From: Lingula anatina | Lineage: Eukaryota; Animalia; Brachiopoda | Length of the DNA: 64,000 nucleotides | Assembly (NCBI GenBank): GCA_051362555.1 | Contig: CM120640.1 | Coordinates: 41,766,788 to 41,830,787, forward strand | Direction: 5' to 3' | Part shown: positions 12,100-23,899 of the stretch, piece after piece | How positions within the stretch are numbered: the stretch's first letter is position 1 | How the letters are laid out: each line of letters begins with the position of its first letter | The notes under the pieces: model-generated | The model's database searches: none | What the model was told of the DNA's origin: nothing | What the model saw: only the letters and a program-made list of their open reading frames with translations | Translations under genes and position numbers: made by a program

Positions 12100-14069
12100 C
12101 ATAACAGGTTAACACTCCTCCTCTTGTTTTCAAGCTACTAGTGCTCGTATAACTACAAGCTTTTCTGTATTTTACTCAACGCCAGGAAAAGGCATACTGT
12201 ATATAACTTTTTCCCCGTGGAATGGCCCAACTAGACTTTGATAGGTTTGGAAGTTGGGGTTGAGAGCAGGCAGAGAAGTAGGACAGAGGTGCATGTAGGG
12301 CAGAGCAGAGAGGGGTAGAGGAATGGGAATTAAAAAAAATGAATCATCAAAAATTAGAAACTAACTGGGGTGAGATAAAAAGGAGAACGATAATGAGGCA
12401 AAAAAAAAAAAAAAAAGAATGAAAAAAATAAATATACAGAGGCTTTGGACCAATGTTGCACTTCCGAAAATTTTGTTGGCATGATTTCGAGGATCTTTGG
12501 ACCAATGAACGTCGTGAATAAATATGCTTCGGAATGCCACCACCCACCTGTTCATACTAAGTAATTCGTCAAATTTATAATTAAGCCTATCTGGGGTGCT
12601 TTTTAAATGTAGCCTTCATTGCGTATAAATCTTAACCAGAAAACATTACATTTTTATATTTGTAAAGGTTACTGATTCAGTCTTTTCCCAATAAATGGGG
12701 GTATACGTTCTTTAAGAATGCACTGCATATAATTGTTGGTAGGCTTTTAGCATTTTTCCTTTTGGGGATACGTCAGATTTAAATCATGTACTACGCCCAC
12801 GCTCAAAATCAATGATGATAAAATTGGCTTTTCAAAACTCAACAAGTGTCTTATCATAGGGAAAGAACGGAAAAGTGAAAGAAAAGAGATTTAATCCGGT
12901 TGTCGTGCCGTTAAGTGAAGTATTCGGCAAAAAGATAAGACATAAAATAAACCTACATGTATATAATGACTTATTCGATCAAAGGGTTGTAAATTAACAC
13001 CTTAACCCTTAAAATTATCGTTCTTTTGTCCAAACAAATGTCCTAGATGCACTGGTAGAGTTCCCATGTCTACTAGCATACCAAAACAATACTTACTTCA
13101 TGTGACGTAAATATTCAATAATTCATCACATCTGCAGCCAGTATTTGCTCAATAATTTCACATCATAAAGTGCAAGTAGCATTGTGTTTTTTATCGGTCC
13201 AATGGCTCATTGACACCAGTAATCTGACGGAGCTCAGACATCGATGACTCATGTGACCCGTAATGTTGTCTGTAAAATGCTCTTTTAAAAATGTGACTAA
13301 GGTCAGGCCCATGCCAGTCGTGTTGTTTGATCAGTTTTACTACTTCAGTGGCAAATTAACTAGTGATTACCGTACCTATAATAGACACCGGTTACAGGAG
13401 GCAACACACATACCGGTACTAGTAGCTAGCTGCACGTCGTTTTGACAGGAAGGACGGATCAGTTGATTACATTTTTATCTCATGGTTAAACAAGAAAAGA
13501 GTCTTCACTAACTGTATGAGTAGGGAACGAAGTATCAAAATGACATTCGAGATCATCCACGGACGCAATTAGCTACTCGTGTAAGGTGATTATTTTTTTA
13601 TTATTAATTTTTCAATATCGTACAGAAAGAATTCAAATTTTTAATTATCAGCTTTTGCTGTTTCTCAGTTTAATTTACAACATTTAAATGTGAAACCATT
13701 CCTTCAGAGTGGAAATCAACTTCTCGCAGGTGAATTAGGTACATCTCAGGGCTAGTCACGCTTATGGCAAATCAATGCATATCAATTAACTGGGTGGGCA
13801 CATCCCAAAAATATAGAATAATCAAAAATTAAAAAAATTGCTGCTTACATTTATTGATATAGATGACTAAAGAAAATTGATTTACTCATAATCAGATGAC
13901 ATGCAACAGTTCACATTAGGTTTACAAGAGTGCGGTTGAATACTGTAAATTGCGCAAAGCAATTTCAATGATTATTTGAAAAGAATTAAATTTAAAGTTA
14001 ACCTGTTGTTTTTATGCTTCACTGCTGAAGTTCTTGTTGGTATGGGGTAGTTTATGGGGGATTTATTTG

Positions 14070-14075
<6 letters not shown>

Positions 14076-14120
<45 letters not shown>
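14076..14120. repeat. A45 homopolymer
   Basis: Direct observation; it explains the poly-K in ORF 14034..14300. Confidence 0.95.
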
Positions 14121-14122
<2 letters not shown>

Positions 14123-16369
14123 CAGCGTCATTGTTCTCTGTCGTTTTCTCATAGGGAATACAAAAGAAATGCACTTTGCGGTGTGCAATTTACGAAGCAC
14201 AGCTACTGCATTCCAGTTCGCTTGTAGTTATCTCATTTCCTATATATACATTTACTCCGGGCTGTATGACATTGACGGGTGCATTTATCATGTCCATTAA
14301 TATAAACAGTAATGCACAACTGATTTATGCTCTGTGGCAATGTCCAGCCTTAGTCACTCCCTATGTAGAAGGTCCTACATAAGATATTCCCAATCATATC
14401 TAATTTGGTATGTGTCAGCAAGGATTCGATAATGGTTTCACAGAAAAGAAAAGACGAAAGGGTAATTATTTTCCTAGTATAAAATTGTCAGTTGCAGTTA
14501 CCTCATAGTTGTGGGAAATCTTTTTTTCGCTCAATGTCTTTCAGTTTGATTTTTTTTTCATAATCCAATAATGTACCGTTTTATCCTTTCCATTTACTCT
14601 AAATGTATAAATAGCATCAAACCACCCACGTCCACCTACGTTACATGAATTTTTGAAGAGTCGTTCCACACGTAGTGCATTTAGCTGAAACACGAGCATT
14701 CTTGAGTTTCCAATAATGAATGTAAAACTAACATGTTGAGATCGATTATCATTAAGGTAGTGGTTTTGTTCAAGTTAAGGGATGGGTGGCGACAAGACGG
14801 CACAGATGACATGGAGAAGGGTTCAAGTTTTTTGGTACTTTAAAACGCGCGATAAACAATGTAGATCATGTAACATCACGTATATACAGTATTACAAAAG
14901 CTTAAGCGTTGGATAATAGAAGTCTTGTTTTAAAAATACCAGCTATCAAATAGTACCTCACAATAAAGGCAATATAACCTTGAAAGTAAATCTATCTATA
15001 TCTGCTTTGTTGAGTTGATTGACTTAATGGTTTGATAGTAATGCGGTAATGGCTTAATAGATAATTTCTCTATCATAACATGGCACTGGGCCATTTGCAC
15101 CCTTTCAAGCACTTGCTAGCCGCATTTAGAGCGAGGCCTGTTTTCTACAGGTCATCCAATTAGTGGGCTTACTATCACAATCTCCCCCGACACCGAAAAA
15201 GATGACAAGAAAGAAAATCAAATAATGTCGACAATTAATCAATAGAAAGACGAGAAGTGAACAAGTCGGGCTGAATAGAAGTTTAACATATGCGTATGGT
15301 AAAGTCAAACACGTGCTCTGTAAGATGGTATGTATTTGGACAAATGGTACTTATAAAAGCTAACCAGAAGGTATTGGGGATCACAGTAATTTAAAAGATG
15401 TAAGCAATTAGATAATGTTATTGAAAAGTGTACGTATGCCATTCCCATGTCATTTTTAAATACATAACGTCCTTAAACAAAAAGGAGATGTGTCTTAAAA
15501 GCGGTAACCAAGAAATATTGAGAGGCAAATTAGGCATTTTTCCTATAAAAATATTTGTGAGCTCTCTATGATTAATTATCATCATATGTCTTAAACATAA
15601 CATTTTAAGGCAAAAAGTTGAAAGAAGAAGTATCACAAATCCAGATCAGGCGAAGCGGTCAAATCCTACAACCCATAAAATGTTTTGGTATAGTTTTCGA
15701 ATGAATGAAATAGGCGAAATTTCCTTTGAAAATGGAGTATTTTGAGTCTATTAATCGACGCCATTACCTCAAAAGCCTTCATTGTAGGCTTCAGCTCGAG
15801 GCTACCGTAGCAGCTCCCTTGATTTCAATAAAGAACATACAGCATTATATAATTTGCTTCGATTTTCCCCGCAAAACATTCGATAAGAAGACCCAAGTCG
15901 TACGTACCGGTCGTAAAAATAAAAATTATAGTTGTTATCCTTCACGAACAGATCACGCACGTGGTGCAGGATGGAGTTATTTATTTATTTTTATTTATTT
16001 TTATTTCTCTGAATGAAAGTAGGGTCGTGAACCAAGGAATTCTAAATATCCTCGATGCAACAAAGAGCAGTGAAATCAGTTTTGTCCACGCGCCAATCAG
16101 TTTCCTATACATAGTCAGATCAATTCTTAACAAGAGTAGCGGATTGTCATTATATTTTTTTCAAAGAATTTGAAGATAGGGCATAGCAATCGACTTTTGT
16201 TCTATAGTTTCCCCAGTTAAACGTTTCTCGGTACACAACAAACAACTAATGAAGTAAATCTAATATTCTCAAAATGGTAATTTGGGGGATAGTTAGAATC
16301 CCAAATCATAGTGTGCCAAGTGTCCATGTTGACGTCCTATAGAATCTGTCACGGGGCGCACTGATTCTC

Positions 16370-17140
16370 TAGATCAGACAAAGCCCGGAGCCCGGTAAAA
16401 ACTGACTTTTTAAAAGCTATTCACGGCAACAGTTTAGTTTTCAAATAGATTTGGTAGTCCCTGTTTGAAAAAGTATAGAACCTTTCATTCTAGTCAGAAG
16501 CACGTCTCGTGCATAAGGCAGCAAAAGATGTGCTTACTTTCACTTGAATATATACATCATCTGCACCCGCCCCAAAATGCGATACACCAGCAGTAATATG
16601 AATGTCATTTAAAGGATTGGCGCATCAATAGTAACTGCAATTGCTGGAAACACCACATGGATTATCGAACAAAATGTTTGACAAATTTTGCCCAAAAGCA
16701 ATTTAAGTAAGTGCAGGCTAAATCACAGAGAAGGCGTGATATATAATTAGATTAAAAATATATTATATAAACTGACTCACAATGAGCACTTAAACCGTGT
16801 AATTGAACTGACATTTACTGTATTCTTCTAGTCGCAAGAATATCTGAATATGAAAGCAGCAACTGACAACGATCACGTCGCAGAAAACTAGTATACATCG
16901 CATAGAGCGGATATTATACTGAAAAAAGGCACCCGGTAAGGATACATCCTCTTTGGAGTACACAGAGTGCTCTCTCTTGGTGAATCGGCTATAAGGTTTT
17001 ATGTTTTGGTAGTTGCTTTCAGATACTTCACAGATAAATAGGGACCTCACAGGGAGTCAGTTTTGTGTGTATCAATCACAAGTATTCCTCACTGAGCACA
17101 CTTTCGGGCTAGAATTAAGTGGAAGGTGTGAAAAAAATCG
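16370..17140 (+). mobile_element. Decayed non-LTR retrotransposon RT relic, L1/Tx1-like
   Basis: Ordered degenerate RT motifs across stops and frameshifts: KA(PG)P..DFLK (~16380), IICTRPK (16556; cf. IITLIPK), KDWR..DYR (16612-16668; cf. KNWRPI..DYK), N*YTS..KGTR*GYIL (to 16951; cf. NGYTS..KGTRQG.PL), FTDK (17027; cf. FADD), FGLELS (~17103). Confidence 0.5.
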
Positions 17141-19406
17141 CTAAATCTTTTCAAAGTTTTTCTAGATTTTTTATATGAATTTAGCTTTTGTACGTTCAAA
17201 TGTTTTAAAACTTAATGCGTTTAAAAGAAGAAGAAAAAGGGATTGAGTCAGCACTTTTTTTTTTATGAAACATAGCTTATGATGTATGGGTAAACAGATT
17301 GTTGAGATGAAAAGGGATAAACTACGGTTACAAACCCACTATGATGTACGTGTCCAAAAACAAGATACAATCACAAACATCCGAACAAACCTGCCTGATA
17401 TTAACGCCTTTATTCGAGATTTTCATATCATAGCAACACTTAATAACATTTCTTTGAGAACAGGGTGGGCAGTTGCAGGGCGTTTTGCACGACATTAACA
17501 AGCACATTCCTGTGACTGGCGAATTCCCCGCGCTTTATTTATAGTTGGCACGATGATTTATTTAACTGCATAACGGTTCAAACACCCTTGGTAGGTAGAA
17601 TTACATTGACTAACAGCACTTAACCCCGTTGATTCCATAATCACAGCGTGTTATATTCGTTAACACGGTTTTTATCGTTATTATCAATGTTGAATATTCT
17701 TTAAATTGTGTAAACAATAAACCTATAAAATAGCCTAAATTGAATAAATATCCCGCCTTTAAAATTAAACATAGCAACTGTGTACTGTCTGTTCGTTTTG
17801 GCAACAAAACGTTATATGAAACGAACGCTTTTTATTTCAACGCACATTCTATGATATGAAATTCCATTAAACACTCGAATAAACAAGGAAGTATACGTCA
17901 ATAAAGCGTTACTATCTTTATGTCGAAAAAAGTTTCATCTGTATATTGATGAGACTACGGTCCTCGGAAATTGCGCTCGCCCAGAAAGAAATGAACCTTC
18001 CGTGGCTGCAATAATGCAGAGAAAGAAAATTGCGAGGCAATCTACATGCTTTTAGGGAATGGTTCCGAGAAAATTGCAGGGTCGTCGATAGATAAGAAAA
18101 AAGTGTTTGTAATTAAGTCGTGCTAATGTCTACAGTTCCGTCGTTGTAATCACAAGAGAGAAACCAGTCCGATCTTCTTTTTTTGTCGTCAATTTCTACC
18201 GAAAAAATCATCCAACGCATACATCTGAATGAGTTTCCTGGAAAAATGTTAAGCCAGGTTTGTTGATTTGGGTGTAAGGGTCAGAGTCGTAATCCCTCGT
18301 CAACTGGGCGTGCATTTATGGGTATAAGCTTAATTCCATTCTATCAATATCGCCCCGGCCTGGGACGGTGTGATAGCATGAAGTAATTTAGCAGACATTT
18401 CCTGCCTTTGCTTATTTGCAGATCACCCCTGACTGCTTCGACTGAATGTGGACCATTAGATACAACACCGAGCGGTCGTGAAATTGTTAAGCCGAGCGCG
18501 CTTTACTGCGAAAACACCCAAGAATCGGCTAATGGCAAACCACGAGAAAAGTTAATAATATTTTCACTAGTAGTGACGTTCGATACACTGCTTTCGTGTC
18601 TTCGTTTCTTCAATGCCAGCACGACGTCAATCATATCAAAGTAAGAGTGTATCAAGGTGGAAATGTAATCACTATTTTTATCACCGCTAACAGCTTTGAA
18701 AACGACCTCGCAATCATCTGCGGATTAGCAGCGCTTGTGAAGTTGGGTCATATTAAACCAAGAGGGATCGCTGTTGTGACGTTTCAGTTTCTCAACAAAT
18801 GCAACAGTAGAGTGTGCGTATAAGCGATGTCCAGTTTAAGTATGGCTTTACACCGGAATACGTGCAGCCCAAGTGGACTTCTCCGTTGATGGACTAATCG
18901 CAGTATTTGATATTGTTATTTATGAGGATATTAACGGACAAGATGGATCGTAGGTAAATAGATAAACATTTCGACTGAAAACAGCGGTGGTGCACCTGTG
19001 AACCGTTATAATACGATACCACGCTACTTTCTCCCGCTTTTTGGAAATAACGACGAGAGAAGCTTCGGACAGGACTTCTGAGGACATCTTCTTAGAAATA
19101 AACAATCAATCACAGCGGACACAAGAAATTATAAGGTAGGGGATATTGTCACGTTCTACACGAAGTAAGCCGACGCTGGCAACCAAGAAATGATGAAGCG
19201 AATTAATCGTTTTCGGATTTCCCTTTGATTATCGGAAGCAGGGGAGAATTGTTTCACGTATTACCCGAGAGATTAAGATTTATTTTATAGACTACCCATT
19301 AGGATAACATCGGATGACAGAGCCTAGAGATGACTAGAGGAATATAACATCAATCATCGTCAAAAGGGAAGTAACGCGGTGTCCCGCAGGTAAAGCAACC
19401 TTAGTT

Positions 19407-20687
19407 ATGCATGCCAATGCTAAAATGGCTGGACCTAACTCGCGGTTCAACCACACCCTTTCCTACTCCTCCAACGTCGAGGCAATTCATCCGTCCAATT
19501 TGATCCGCAACTTTACCGATTCTATCATAAGTAGAAACAACGGAGGTGCTGCTGCCGACAGGTCGATCGGACTGGATCTTAACGGTAGTTTATGGCCGGT
19601 GATGAATTCCAGTCCGAGTCCCAATGTCACATCAGACGACTATGAATCCCAGGAGATTTTCATATCAATCGGATTGGCCATTGCTACCCTGGGATTGATA
19701 GGGAACATAGTCTCCTTAATGGCGTTGTCGAAAATGAGGAGACCCCTAGAGCCTTTACACTTACATCTCATCAACCTGGCAGTATCGGATTTGGTTGTGG
19801 TGGCTCTGACACTGGTATCCAGTGCAATTTATCTAATGAATCTAAAAGAAGTGTTTCCCAAATTTTCAGAAGCAATGTGTATCGCCAGGATATTTTCCGA
19901 GGTGTCATTCATTTGCCTGTTAGCTCCACTTTTGGCAACATCTGGTCTCGTGATCAACCAGTACCTGGCCGTAACCAGACTTTTGAAATACAAATCCACA
20001 GTTACCAGAAAAAGAGTTTACCATTACATTACGTTCACATGGGGTCTCACTATTGCTGTCGGTATCTTACTTCATGTCACTGCTGTCGCTTTACAACAGA
20101 ATAACCCGCAAGACGACGAAACTCCCTCCAACTTGACTGTAACCCTATGCAAGGTATACGATTCCTCGGACGACGTATACTATCAACTATCGGCATACAC
20201 ATATTCTGTTTTATTTTTGGCAATTACATTGATTGTGTCAAGTTTTTACTGTAAAACATGCACTGCTGTTCAAAGGGAAATGGCCGACGTAGAAGTTAAC
20301 CGTCGGCACAGTAGTGTAGAACGTAAAGTAAACGTGACTATAGCATTGCTGTTTGGAACTATCATTCTATTTTGGCTCCCAGGGATTGCAGACGGCCTAG
20401 TAACTATTGTATACTTTAGCAAGAATCAGCAATGCACGGCGTGTATGATATTTCACCAAACTACTAATTTATGGTTCTTCGCCAACTCTGTGTTTGATCC
20501 CCTAATATATGGCGTTCGCCTGCCCCAGGTGCGCGAGGGGTATCATGCGCTATATGTGGACACAATTAATCGATTCCTGCCTAAAAAGAAGCGACTGGCG
20601 TTCAGTTTTCGGTATTCTCAATATACGCCACACAACACTTCGCATGCAGCCTCCCAGTCACATTCACACTATTACCAGGCGAGATAG
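19407..20687 (+). CDS. Class A (rhodopsin-like) orphan GPCR, single coding exon, 426 aa (paralogue 1)
   Basis: Seven hydrophobic segments. TM1 GN, TM2 NLAVSD, Cys at the top of TM3 plus ECL2 Cys, TM3 end NQYLAV, TM4 W, TM6 FWLP, TM7 NSVFDPLIY, helix 8 VREGY. The N-terminus has several N-X-S/T sequons. The true start could be a downstream Met. Confidence 0.93.
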   Translation: MHANAKMAGPNSRFNHTLSYSSNVEAIHPSNLIRNFTDSIISRNNGGAAADRSIGLDLNGSLWPVMNSSPSPNVTSDDYESQEIFISIGLAIATLGLIGNIVSLMALSKMRRPLEPLHLHLINLAVSDLVVVALTLVSSAIYLMNLKEVFPKFSEAMCIARIFSEVSFICLLAPLLATSGLVINQYLAVTRLLKYKSTVTRKRVYHYITFTWGLTIAVGILLHVTAVALQQNNPQDDETPSNLTVTLCKVYDSSDDVYYQLSAYTYSVLFLAITLIVSSFYCKTCTAVQREMADVEVNRRHSSVERKVNVTIALLFGTIILFWLPGIADGLVTIVYFSKNQQCTACMIFHQTTNLWFFANSVFDPLIYGVRLPQVREGYHALYVDTINRFLPKKKRLAFSFRYSQYTPHNTSHAASQSHSHYYQAR

Positions 20688-21229
20688 CGGGGGTTGCACA
20701 GGAAAACTGTTAGCTTTGCTTCAGTCTGCTGACGTGCCAAATGTTCACAAGAATGATAATCTACGATACCAGACCCCAGACATGTGAAAACAGAGGAAAT
20801 TAGGACCTGCAGCTTGCATTAACACTAAACAGATAAGCCCGTTCTGTGGACAGTCATCTGTCATTAATAGTTAGAAACTTGGGTTTACCCGTAGGTTAAT
20901 CATTGAAGCGCGCCTGAATTCCGTCTTGTACGAGACAGCTTGCCAAAGGAGACGATTTTCAACCAATATTGGCTTTAAAATGAAATATGACGTTTTCAGC
21001 CAAGCGCCGTGGCTTGCGAACAGTCATGTGTAATGTACCTTATGGATCAATGGCACCATTCATCATCAATGAAATGGTTCAATGCCAATGTAAAAAAGAA
21101 AAAGAAAATGGAAAAATATTTACGAAAGTGGCTGAGACATTGAACCGTTTTGATGATTGATAAAACTGCAGTGTTCTCAAAGCAAATGATGTTCTGTGAT
21201 ACAGCAGGTCGAATTTGAATTAAATAATG

Positions 21230-22430
21230 TTCAAGTATTTGCTAAGTTGTATAGCAGGTTTCACAGTTTATAAAGGTTAGCTTCCTCAATGCATCAATGT
21301 AAGGAAAACATATCAGAACTACATCTAAAGGAGAAATAAATATAAAAGATGACCTGCAAATTGCGTTCCACAAAATGGCATGTAGGATATATGTTGTATC
21401 TTCCACATGCTGCCAAAGCTTCAGGTTAAATGGTATCGGGATAGCTCCAACATCGTTTACTGAAATCACTGTCAAAAGGAACTCCTCTTTCAGAATTGAA
21501 TATCGAGCTCTATAACTTAACACTCCCTAAATTCGAAATGATTTATTGGTATGGATATAAAATATCGATAAAGAGATAGACTGAAAAACAGACGTAGATT
21601 ATCTAGTTCAAATGTTATGAGAATAACGGTGCCGTGGCAATGTCTATCAATTAAACCATATGCCAGAAAATAAAGAAAATATTATCCCATTGTAGAACCC
21701 GCGTGATTTAAATTTTGATATACATGCGTCTTCCAGTCGAGTCTTATCATCGTATATGCACATAGATCAAAGTTTTCATTATGAAATTGATACTTGATTT
21801 GAATATTTAGACATCATTGTTTCAAGTATTGGTAGAGCAATGTTGGATCAGGACTCCGTATACATATTTCAGTTAAAAAAATACCTGTCGCAAATAATGT
21901 TGTATTAGATAGTGGTAAGCTTCTATGTCTGTTAAAAATGATAGATATAAATCTTGTGCTGTCTGAAACGTCTTATCATCACTTATGCAAAACTATGATG
22001 GTTTCCATTATATCTATGAATCAATTATTCACTCTAATCAAAATATGACTGTTGAACACCGTTATATTTGACAACAGATATTCCCATGTGGATAGTTACA
22101 CCATTTACATAGAGAGATAATCAGGTTAGAGATTAATTAACTGTCAACCAAATCTGATCTCTTTTCCACTTGAGGACGTAGTTTTGCCAGACAACTTAAG
22201 ATACCATCCAACTTATTTCACGTTTGACTGACCGACTCTGCCGCTCTACGTCAGTTGTTGATTCATGTGCCAGCGAATAATACGGTAAGCTTGTTTGTTT
22301 CGACAACCCTTGAGAGACAAGTTTTGATTAAAACTTCTAGAACAGGGACTCTGTATATTGAACAAATCTTTGGCCAGACTTTCAATGTGAGTCTGTCGAT
22401 GGGTTTCTTTGACAGAAAAAGCCTGCGATA
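21230..22430 (+). mobile_element. Decayed Penelope-like element RT relic (Naiad-like motifs)
   Basis: Ordered motifs: TVYKG (21263; cf. PVDKA/DKG), CKENISELHLKE (21298; cf. CK..Y...L.KE), LPKL (21410; cf. PKLHK), LKSLSK (21460), FHYIYE (22003; cf. FRYIDD), QIFP (22075; cf. IYP), KSDLF (22150; cf. KRDDF), KIPSN, KLLEQG (22331; cf. KLL.QG). Many stops and frameshifts. Confidence 0.5.
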
Positions 22431-23899
22431 AACAGTATAATCTAAGTATATGCTTTCTGGCTTTCAAAATTGAACTGTTAAGTGTTTATAAGGACTAGTT
22501 ATTTATTTTGAGCCTAATTGTACCTATGAACTTTTGACTAAAATTTTAAAATTTAATAATTGATTCTTTTTACATCCATCCTATTCGAAGACATTTACAT
22601 ATTCTTGTTGTGCATCTGAAAAGTGAAAGAGACTGGACTATTTTCCGTCAGAAAAATTAATCGTGCTGAAAAATTTGTTTTACAATAGTACCACTCCGAT
22701 TTTTTTATATTGCGGTGCTTTTAGTTAACACTCATTTACTTTTACGCAAAATGACCACTTTATATACTTTATATCTCTTTATTACAATTAAGGTTGAATA
22801 CCGGTTACTGAAATCAAATCTTTTTAACAGATTTAGTGCTTATTTAGTGACAGTTTCCTAATTTTCAGCGGTAAGGAGTACTTTAATGAAATAAGCGTGG
22901 GGTAAAGACTGATCATTCATACAGAAAATGAAAAGAAGCGACACGGATCAGTTAAAATGGTGCTAGAACCTCAAACGTGTTCTTTTAGTAGGATATTATT
23001 CACAGGATACAATGAATAATGGCCACTTATCAAGCAGGAAAGTATTCATTTCGACCATTGGAAATGGACGTATATTCAAGCTTACAGCTTCCCAGGTTTT
23101 AGTGCTTCTACCACAGGTTTAAACACCATAAACTAGTCGGATTTTTTCTTGGTTCACACCAATATCATGCTTTTGATTGCTCTAAAACCAAGAACACTTG
23201 CAAAAATCAAGCCAGAGCAGTCGAAAGTTAAAATGTTAACTGTAGTTGAAGCAGGATAGCTCTACAAATGCCGTGTTATCTGTCGAAAGTGAATGTACAA
23301 CATGTATACATCCTAAGAGTGTGATAACGCCATCTTGTTATCTTGTCATCAATGTTTCTAGTTGATGTACAAGCCTCATTAAGGTAACATTAAAACGATC
23401 TAGGCAGGTTGAGAACGCGAGGCGCAGAGATGCCCTTCGGCATTTTTAACATAACGATGTAATATGTTTTTACCTTCTTACCCTTTCTTCCCAAAATACC
23501 ATTGGAATCAAGCACGGGCTCGACATCATTACTGAGATCGCTACCAGTTTACCGCAATTAGTCTATCAATTCTTGATTTTGGCTAAAAGGTAACGTTACT
23601 GCACTAAAGGAAATAAGCTTATATTCAACCTTTTCGTCGGGTGATTTGTCAGTATATATCGGCCATAACTCAAGTTTTTAAAATATAGCTGGTACTTAAG
23701 CGTCGTTCATGCAGTGGCTTTTTGGTACATATGCTTAATTGAATGCAGTGTAGCAAAAGGAGAATGATTATAGAGAGAAATCATTTCCCGTTGAGCTCAA
23801 GGGTGGGTACAGAATGTTAGGATATGCTGAAAATCAATTAGCCGTATTACACAGTCTTTTTACGGTCAAGAGCCCGAGGCTCACGTCATCATTGTACAT

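Noticed and set aside
14150-14380. IYALWQCPAL, resembling the L1/Tx1 C-terminal zinc knuckle (H.LW.CP)
   Set aside because: Single short motif without the key His or the upstream CxxC; insufficient.
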